A stretch of 64,000 nucleotides of DNA from Octopus vulgaris (lineage: Eukaryota), in assembly GCA_951406725.2 (NCBI GenBank), contig OX597817.1, forward strand, positions 42,098,001-42,162,000, given 5' to 3'. Position numbers and translations under genes: made by a program. Numbering within the stretch: position 1 is the first letter of the stretch; the number at the start of each line of letters is the position of its first letter. Below the pieces are notes generated by a model that worked only from the letters and a program-made list of their open reading frames with translations, was not told the origin of the DNA and searched no databases. Shown here in pieces: positions 53,477 through 64,000 of this stretch.

Positions 53477-54384
53477 TTACAGATAAGTAAAAGTAGAAAG
53501 TAAAAAGAAAAAATACATATATATATAAATAAAAATAATAAAATTCCTATAAACAAATGAAAAGAAATTATAATCATGTACAAGAAAGTTCCAGATTCCA
53601 GTTTTCGAAAATATCCAGTTAAGTAATTGTTTTGTGCATATTTTTCCCGTCAATTCTCCCCACTTTTACTTGGCAATCTATTTATTGATCGACAAATAGT
53701 TTTGTTGCTGATCTGCTGCGAGTATTTGCGTGCGTTGTGCAATCAAATTCAAAGAATCTTCACATGTAAGAAGAACCCAATCATTAGTCTTAGAAGAATG
53801 CTAGGCTCTGTTGAAACATTCTTGCCAAGATATATTTATATATTCTATTCTCCTTCTTATTTTTATGGTTTTATTTTCCATGACCAATGCTTATTCCTTC
53901 GAGAATTCCTTGCCTTTTGTTAAGCTGGATTTAATTTTCCCTTTTCTTGTTTTCACGATTATTTTTGGAGTTTTCTTTTTCAATCAAGGATGAGGTAGTA
54001 AATTTATTTAATCCTTAATGAAAATCCGTGTTTTACATAAAAGAGAATTACCCCCCACCATTGATTTTTGCCTCCACCGATATCTCCTTCTTCTAGAAGA
54101 ACTCAATAACAACAACAACAACATCAATGACAACTGCAAACAACAACAGCAGCAGTACTTTGGCAATATCTCTTCTTCCACATAGTGCTTCATGGCTAGA
54201 CTGACTTCCCATCAAAGAAATACTTCAAGCAGTCAAGATAGGAATATGGAAATATTGGAATATGGTCTCAGTCTTGAAGCAGAAACTAAAATTCTCTTGA
54301 AGCATAGGAGGAGTATTGGAACCACATGGTGCATGATAATGCTTATATTTAGTACACACACACAGCACATTACCTTCTTACTTC

Positions 54385-54453
<69 letters not shown>

Positions 54454-54511
54454 TGTCTACCTCTTTATCATCATACCTAACTTCCTACCTACCAATCTCT
54501 CTTTCTCTCCA

Positions 54512-54547
<36 letters not shown>

Positions 54548-54964
54548 TTTCTCCCCCTTTCTCTAATTTATTGAAAGCCAACCATTCCAGAGAATCCTTT
54601 CAGACACTTCATTCAAGTGGTTTCCAATTGTCTTGTCCATGTAAGCATGAAATTTAACATAAGCAACAGAAGGATAAAGTTTGGATAAAACCGCTCAGGG
54701 AAATATTAGCAGCACAAAATATTGTTGTTGTTGTTGTTATCTAAGACTTTTAATGAAAGGAGGAGGTGTGGATCCTATGGACTTTAGAGATGTTCCAAGA
54801 CTGGTAAAGTATTTGTTGTTATTTCCAGGTATCTCTAACTGAACAACCCCATAATCTAAATTATTCAAGTCAACTATTTTGTGTAGGTTTTACTCATTTT
54901 TGCCCTATATTTGGGCTACATTTTTAATGTGTGCTTCTTTTTTAAGATAGGATTGAAGGAACTA

Positions 54965-55588
54965 TTAGGTTGTGAAGAAAGTTCTTGTGGTTTTTAACCT
55001 TTAAATTCAGATGCACATATCTCTGCTCAAACAAAACTTTATTAATTGAAATAAACACCATCAGAATCAACACACTTTTGCCAACACGAAACAAGTTTAT
55101 TTATGCCTGTAGCACCAAAATCCTGTCGTTGAAGGCATGTTTGGCATTGTCTTGGCCTTTGAAGCATTTCTCATGCAGGAAGTTGTCGAGATGCTTGAAA
55201 AAGTGGTAACCAGTAGGCGAGAGGTTGTAATGGTTTCGCCTGGATCCAAAAAGCTGTGATGGATGAGACCGGCCACAGACCTCCAAACAGTCACCATGAC
55301 ATTTCTTTTGGTGCAACTTCTGCTTCAGGATATCGCGAGCTGTTTCAGCAGCTTTACGGCCTAGCTTGAACTGGAATAAGAAAATTGTACGAATTTGCTT
55401 TTTGCCCATGTTGTAATCAACATTCCAGAAAAAATGGCCTAATTATTCAAAAAAAGTAAAAAGTGTAACACGATTAGATAGAGCGAATAACGGGCTTTAA
55501 AATGATATATAAAGTCAAAGTAATTTAATGAAAATTAATTTGAAAATACATAATTTAAAACCAAAATTTAAAATTCTTGACAACCTAA
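54965..55588 (-). mobile_element. Internally deleted mariner element (Hsmar1/cecropia-like transposase remnants)
   Basis: TA-ttaggttgt(g/c)aagaa TIRs with TA TSDs. MGKKQIRTIFLFQFKLGRKAAETARDI, KLHQKK.MVTVW..GLIHHSFLDPGETIT, LSPTGYHFFKHLDNFL; several internal deletions. Confidence 0.92.
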
Positions 55589-55679
55589 TATCTTGCTATC
55601 TCTAGCAGGTCAAATGAGCACATAAAAGTTCTTTCATGTTGAAACTAATGTCGTTGATTCTAAGATTGAATTTCTATAT

Positions 55680-55858
55680 GGTGTCATGTAAAAAGCCACA
55701 GTACACTCTGTAAGATGGTTGGCATTAGGAAGGGCATCCAGCCATTGAAAGCATGCCAGATCAGACAGAGCCTTATGCAGCTCTCTGGCTTGCTAGCTCA
55801 TGTCAAACCGTCGAACCCATACCAGCATGGAAAATACATGTTAAATGATGATGATGAT
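55680..55858 (+). mobile_element. Solo RTE 3' tail
   Basis: ggttggcattaggaagggcatccagcc..cagcatggaaaatacatgttaaatgatgatg. Confidence 0.8.
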
Positions 55859-57126
55859 ACTAACAACAATAACAATGACGATGACGATGATGATGAGGAT
55901 GTTGGTAGTGTTGGTGATGAAGATATACCCAAGAATTCAAGGAAACTTGTGAGGGTCTCTGTCAGTAACAGGGGTAATAAAATCTAGAAGAATTTGTAAG
56001 TTTGATTGTTTGCTACCAATTCTAGAATCCTGCAGAGGTTGGGGTTAAGATTAAGCAAGATATTCAGCATGAGGTTTTAGGGACAGACAGTAGAGGGATG
56101 GTGAAAAGTGGGGGAGTAGGTCTATATGGTGGAATTAAGTAGAGGTGGTCAGTACACAGTTTCTTGATTCAGAAGTGAAGAATCCATACCATAGTAGAAG
56201 AGACAGACTGAAGACACACACACACACACACACACACACACGTATGTGTGTGTGTGTAGTGCATTGGGGAATGAATGAATTTTGACAATGAATTATGGGA
56301 ATGAGGTTATGTACTAAAATATTTGTGTTTTTAGCAATAACAGAATCCCAAACATCTAAGAACTACTCAATCTGATTCATTCATGATATCTGAAGAGGTT
56401 TGGCTACTGAGATGTTTTCTGATCTTGAAGAGGAAGTAAGACAAATTTGGATTTGGAATTTTGGCAATGTTACAAATGTGAGTTCACTATAAGAGATCAT
56501 CAGTGTTGGTATGAAATGGCATTTTAGCTGGTTTCGTGTGAGGTGTTTACTGTATGTATTGGGTCTCAGATTGAAGGGGAAGAGTATCATATATGTAGTA
56601 CTGAGTTACTGGAAATGAAGGCAGGATGGTCATTTATGGATCATCATTATGGATGGTCATTTATGGTTGGCATAAGTGAATCCTAAAGCAACCAGAATTG
56701 GTAAAATATTGGAGAAAGGGGTGTTGTTTTATGGTTGGACAACATTTACTACCTAGAGAAAGGGAAGATAATGGAACCCATTGGGAGGAAACTTAGCTGC
56801 ATACAGTCAAAAGAATTGCTAAAGCCAAACACAACAACCAGTATTGGATTGACCATTAAGCAAAATAAGCATGTGATAAGGGCATCAAGGATAGTGGGAG
56901 CACCACAGAAATGGTAAAGGGTTTACAGCACAAAAAAAAAAATTACTTTAAACTTGCTGAAATAATATTTGAAGTGGTTTATATGATCAGAAATATAATT
57001 TCGAAGTGTTTACAGTGTCATAGTGAGGATCTGATCAAAGATTTTGCAATTATAAAAAAGTTGGAGAAAACTTTTCAAATATTAAATGAAAGCATGCAAA
57101 AATGAACATTATTTTCCATCTTACTA

Positions 57127-57525
57127 AGGAGGTGAGCTGGCAGAAACATTAACACACTGGGTGAAATGCTTAGTGGTATTTTGTCTGTCTTTACGATCTG
57201 AGTTCAAATTCTGCTGAGGTCGACTTTGCCTTTCATCCTTTCAGAGTCAATAAATTAAGTACCAGTTATGCACTGGGGTCGATGTAATCGACTTAATCCC
57301 TTTGTCTCTGTCCTTGTTTGTCCCCTTTGTGTTTAGCCCCTAGTGGGTAGTAAAGAAATAAGTATTTCGTTTGTCTTAATGATCTGAGTTCAAATTCCGC
57401 CGAGGTCAACTTTGCCTTTCATCCTTTTGGCGTCAATAAATTAAGCACCAGTTGCATACTGGGGTTGAACTAATCGACTGGCTCCCTCCCCAAAAACTTC
57501 AGGCCTTGTGCCTAGAGTAGAAAAG
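57127..57525 (+). mobile_element. SINE family A dimer, same architecture as 17251-17648
   Basis: Imperfect TSD at(t/c)attttc(c/t)atcttact at 57108 and 57526. Confidence 0.88.
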
Positions 57526-58786
57526 ATCATTTTCTATCTTACTTTTACTTTTGTTTCATTTTGAATATTAATTTATGGTTTATTATTGTTTGTATTTTGA
57601 ATTAAATATATATGGAGGTACCAAAATCTTTTAAATGCTTAGGGCCCCTATGGCTTTTAATTTGGCCCTTGCAACAACATTGCTTTCACTGAAATTGTCA
57701 TAAGTGAAATACCACACATGTGTAAGATAATATAGGAAGATGTATCTCTGGTAGACATAACTTTACAACAACTGTGCTATGGTCTTTGGAAAAGGAAATA
57801 GACTTTAAGTGATAGAGTATGAGGTCGTTTATGGAGAATTACTTTGCTTGCTTTCACTCAATGTCTCCAGGGTGAAACCCATGGCTGAATGACAAAAGTA
57901 GATCTCTAATAGATCTGGTTTAAAGAAAACCATACTGGTAATCATTAATGAGTGAGAGGAGGAGAGCAAGAGATCTAAGTTATTAGAGATGTTTGTTGTT
58001 AGTGGTGTCTGAATAACCTTTAGAGGTATTGGAAATGGGTATTGATAAGATAATGACTGGTAGGATCAGAAATATTGTTCTTCCTGAGAATGGAACACAT
58101 GGTAAGCAGTACCACAGCATGGCCAGTCTAATGACTAAAACCAGTAAATGAAGATTATAGATTATAGATTACAACAAACTTGTTTACTAAATATAGTTGG
58201 AGCTACCACTGACTAATACATGGTAAGTTAATGATTTCTGAACCACAAAAATCCATATGATCAGTATTTACTTTATTTTATCTAATTATACATCACAATT
58301 TGTGAATAATCGTGTCGTTTCCTGTGGTTCACAGCTTTGCTGATGATGAGATTGAAAAGGAAATGTCTGCACCTCAGTAGACTTCTATTAAAAACTAGCA
58401 GTTTTTTCACCAATGTTTACATCCTTGGCTGACAGTCAATGAATGTCATAGTAGAACAGGCATACACACACACACACACACATACCTATGTATATACACA
58501 TACATACACATATACATTCCTTAATTTTCATTTGTATTTTTCCATGCCTCGGAAGAGTTAAACAAATATGTTATTGAGACATTGTTTTTGTAGACAGATG
58601 CTCTTCCTGTCACTCGCCTTACCTGTTTTTCAAGCAAGGCGTCTCTTGTTCCATGTTGCAGGCAAATCAATTGTTGACAGGAAAACTAACAATAATAACA
58701 TGGCTCATGTGACACAACTTTTATAAAAATGAATGAGACATAAACAAACACAGACATGCACATTCACACACATACTACAGACACAC

Positions 58787-59216
<430 letters not shown>

Positions 59217-59702
59217 GTAGTATACATGTATGTATACAACCGCCTTCTTTCATTCTGCATCAACCAACTCTACCCTCAGGTAGAAATGCCTTGAAGTATT
59301 TTTCTCCAAATCACTCCACTCTAAGTTCAAATCCAACCAAGGCAAACTTTACATTTCATCCTTGGTCAGAACACCTTTCATATTAGATCTACTGCATCAG
59401 GATACAACAACAACAACAGCAACAACAGAAACCAACGGAAGAAAATTTTCCTTTTGTATGTGACGTCAATCTATTGTAGGCTATTTCCTTCCAAGTTGAT
59501 TGAACTCAGTCCAGCAAACCAATGGAACACAGGCCAATTCTAGAGTTCTAGTTATTGTTTACAGAAGGAAATTACACCAGCCATGGTATGAGCTAATGGC
59601 TTATGGAGAAATTTCTATATAGTCAATCAGCCTGATAAAAAGAGCAGCTAAATCTTCAAAATTTTCCATACCATCTTCAAAAAAAATGGGGTAATGTCCT
59701 TA

Positions 59703-61297
59703 TCATCATCATTAATCATTGTTTAACATCTGCCTTCCATGCTAACATGGATGGGACAGTTTCTGAAGAGCCAGCCAGGCAGAAGCCTGTGCCAGACTTC
59801 TGTGACTGTTTTGACAAGATTTTTACAGCTGGATGCCCTTCCTAACATCAACCACTCAGCTGAGTGGATTTAGTGCTTTTTATGTGGCACAAGCCCAGGT
59901 GAGGTCAGTTTTGGCAAGGTTTTAACAGCTGGATGCCCTTCTGAACACTGACCACTTTACAGTGTGGACTTGCACTGACAGAGTCACGAAGTACTTGCAA
60001 GACCAAAGAAAAAAACTTTCAAGAGGGGAGGAGTCATTGGAGAAGGTGATCGTGTGTTGGATGATGAAAAGACAGATACAGGTGTCTTGCTGTAGAGGAA
60101 GTACAAGGTTACCCGGCTGGAAAGAGAGAGAGATCAGGAAGACAGAAACAGGTGCACTACCACATGGTTGCCCAACCTGAGGGAAGTGCAGGAGAAGGAG
60201 AGAGAGGGGGAGACAACAGGATAAAGATGGTGGCAAAATGTAGGGCATGCTCACAAGGAACAGGGATCAGACTATAAATGGGATGGTTGAGTAAAGGAAG
60301 AGAGAGATTTAGGTGATGGCAAGTGCCAGGGCATATCCTTGAGGTTCCAATGCCTTAATATAAGTGGCAGGATATTGCAAAGGAAGTGTGATTAAAGAGT
60401 GCAAGTAAGTGGTGAAAAACCTAGGTATATACAGAGTCGGTGGGGTGGGGTACTGGATAGCAATGATACAGAGGAACAGGGGTGTGAGAACAGGATGGGT
60501 TAGTGAGAGCTAGGCACAGCATATGAAGAAGGAAATGTGAGAAAGAGAAGAGATGTGAAGATGTCCATTGGTTTGTTGGGGTAGGGTGAAGGAAAAGTTT
60601 TCTTGTTATGTGTGGGTAGAACACACAGGTTGGGGGCAAGTGGAAAGCAATGAAACAGTGGCACAGGGCCAAGGGGACAGGATTGGGGAGTGGGAGGAAA
60701 GCATAATGCATGAAGTGGAAATGTAAGGAAAAGAAGAGATGCAGAGATGTAGTTTGGTTTGTCGTGGTAGAGTGTGTGAGAATTTTTCTTGTTAAGTGTA
60801 GGTGGAACACACAGCGCTTCTAAGAGCTCAATTTCCCTGACACAGGTGGGTCTTTTCAAGAACTTCATATCACCAGACATCTCAGTCCATTGTCATTTCC
60901 TCCATGAGACCCAACTTCCTGAGATTGGTCTTTACCACTTCATCCCATGTCTTCCTGGGTTTCCTTCTTCCATGGGTACCATCCACTTTCAATGATCAGT
61001 ACTTCTTTAGTCCTAAAAATATGATGGTGTGGTCTATCTCTCCATTTTCTCTTCCCTATTCTTAGGGGAATCATGGCAATAAAATCTTTGGATTCCAATC
61101 AGAAGCAGCCATCGTTAATTACTCTTTCCTGTTAGATCCCTAAACTGAGGTTATGGATATTATCCACCACATTCTTCGTTTATCCCTATGCCTCCTCCCA
61201 GTTGGTTCAGCTTGAAGAACCAATCTTACAATCCTTTCCTGCAACATTCTAATCTAGTGCCAGAGCTGTGACCTCTCAATGCAGAGAAGTAATGACA
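59703..61297 (-). mobile_element. Composite RTE-derived element, longer copy
   Basis: 60800-61297 is a close reverse complement of 44088-44600; the tail ends at 59703 (gttaaacaatg..atgatga). Confidence 0.8.
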
Positions 61298-61604
61298 CAA
61301 TCTGAAGAGACTCTCTGACCTCCAAGCTATACACCCTGTCAAGTAACATTACATCAGAGATCCTTTGAAAGAGCCCAATTCAACCAATTGTATTTACAGC
61401 CATGCTCTTTCAGTTATAGTCAAATCAGGGATCTCATGCCATGCAGTAGGACTGAACCTAGGATATCATGATTGCAAAACAACTTTCTAAACCATTTGAT
61501 CATATACAAGGGAAACCTTTTCAAATGATACTCTCCCTCTGTCTCTCTCTCTCCTCCCCCCTCTCTCTCTATATATATGTATATATTCTTTTAGTCTTTT
61601 ATTC

Positions 61605-61987
61605 TTTTATTTGTTTCAGTCATTTGACTGTGGCCATGCTGGAGCACCACCTTTAGTCGAACAAATCGATCCCAGGACTTATTCTTTGTAACCCTAGTAC
61701 TCTATCTATCAGCCTCTTTTGCCAAACGGCTAAGTTACGGGGACATAAACATACCAGCATCGGTTGTCAAGCAATGATGTGGGACAAACACAGACACACA
61801 AACATATACGCATATATATATACAATGGGCTTCTTTCAGTTTCCGTCTACCAAATCCACTCACAAGGCTTTGGTCAGCCTGAGACTATAGTAGAAGACAC
61901 TTGACCAAGGTGCCACGCAGTGAGACTGAACCCAGAACCATGTGGTTGGTAAGCAACCTACTTACCACACAGTCACCCCTGCACCTA
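61605..61987 (-). mobile_element. SINE family B, full length
   Basis: Same structure as 16550-16970. Confidence 0.9.
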
Positions 61988-62338
61988 TATATATATATTT
62001 TTTATATATATATCTTTCTCTCCTTCTTTCTCTCTTTCTCTCTCTCTCTCTCTATCTATCTTTCTAGCTAGATAGCTAGCTATCTCCCCTGTTTCCCATC
62101 CCCTTCTTTCTGCCTTTCCGCTTCCTCCTGCCCACATCCCTTCTCTCTTTCCATCTCAATCACTCGCACCACTCTCCACCCTACCACTCTCCCACCAATC
62201 TCCCCACCACCTTTCTCTCTTTCCCCTCTCTTTCTTCTTCTTTTTCAACACGGCCGTCCACTGTTCTCAGTTAATGATAAGCTTAATACTTTCTCAAACA
62301 GAAATATCTTATTGGCTTTCTCATGCTTTGCCTTTATG

Positions 62339-62382
<44 letters not shown>

Positions 62383-62793
62383 TGCATGTATGTGATGCAT
62401 ATATGCATGTGTTAGTACATGTCTTTATTAGTATGTATTTGCATGTTTATTACTTATTATCTATTTTCCATTCATTTATTTCTATTTTTACTCGAAATTT
62501 CTAAACATGTATTTTTGAGACATTAGTATAAGTTTCGCTGGCTTTGAGAGTTATTTGAGCTAAAAATCATAGATCAATCTAACATTGCCCCATATTTGTT
62601 CAGGTTCTTAAGAAGAAATTGACTAACACGCATGATTGATCATTCCATTGAAATCAATACCGGTTACTTAGCCGTGAAGGTGCTTAGATTTTGATGGTGG
62701 GCTGCAGGTTTTCACACATTGATTGGTTGCCTGTCATCTTAACTGGTTGGTTAATCATTCAGATAAAGCAAGAGAAGCAATAAGAAAAGCATT

Positions 62794-63385
<592 letters not shown>

Positions 63386-63596
63386 AAATTGATAGAAAAA
63401 ATAAATAAACCGATAAACAAATGAATCCAAAAGTGAACGGTTCATTTGGTGAGGTTCAGAAACAAGGATGTTGGATGTGAGCTGATACATGCTCAGATCT
63501 CCATGGAAACCTCTTAGTAACTATTTTAACCCTTTGCAAATATATAGCTAAATACAAACATACATTTATATATACATACAAACAAACACACACACA

Positions 63597-63645
<49 letters not shown>

Positions 63646-64000
63646 ATAGATATAGATATGGATATAGATAAATGGATATATTTATATTTATATAAATGCA
63701 AGGCAACCATATCCATGGTAATAAATAATGTAAGATATGGGACGAAAATGGAGGTGGTGGTGGTGATGGTGGTGGTGATGGTGGTGGTGATGGTGGTGGT
63801 GATGGTGGTGGTGATGGCAGTGGAGGTGGTAATGGTGAGTTAGAGTGTTGTAGTGTTGGTAGTAAATGCAGCACTGGATCAGTCAGATGGTGGTGGTGGT
63901 GGTGGTAGTTGTGATGCTGATAATTATGACTGTAACAATGATGATGATGATGACAGCGATTATGGCAATGATATTAAAAGATGGCGGTGAGCTGGCAGAA

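Noticed and set aside
56839-57671. hAT-like MITE around the SINE dimer
   Set aside because: Only decayed terminal resemblance (ggggcccc..ggccct); no verifiable TIR pair or 8-bp TSD.

Overview
Eukaryotic, AT-rich, repeat-saturated DNA. The SINE/LINE repertoire and dense (TA)n, (CA)n, (TAA)n and (GATA)n tracts strongly resemble an Octopus (coleoid cephalopod) genome; this is an inference from recognising the repeat families, not a database result. I see no prokaryotic-type system, CRISPR array, rRNA or true tRNA gene. Most entries in the ORF track are microsatellite artefacts or antisense shadows of transposon ORFs. Well-supported content: two 5'-truncated RTE LINEs whose RT contains an inserted C4HC3 PHD finger, plus many solo RTE 3' tails; clusters of R4/Dong-like restriction-like-endonuclease (RLE) retrotransposons stacked inside (TAA)n tracts with a co-targeted non-coding family; another RLE family bounded by (CATA)n; three tRNA-derived SINE families, one forming TSD-flanked dimers and a tetramer; a decayed Penelope-like element containing a Tc1-type MITE that contains a Helitron; defective Tc1, mariner and piggyBac elements; piggyBac MITEs; an 82-bp near-perfect palindrome; and a minimal hammerhead-like motif. 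Three low-confidence minus-strand exon candidates (45189-45316, 14367-14440, 7188-7331) may belong to a host membrane-protein gene weakly resembling HACD/PTPLA. Boundaries of decayed elements are approximate.
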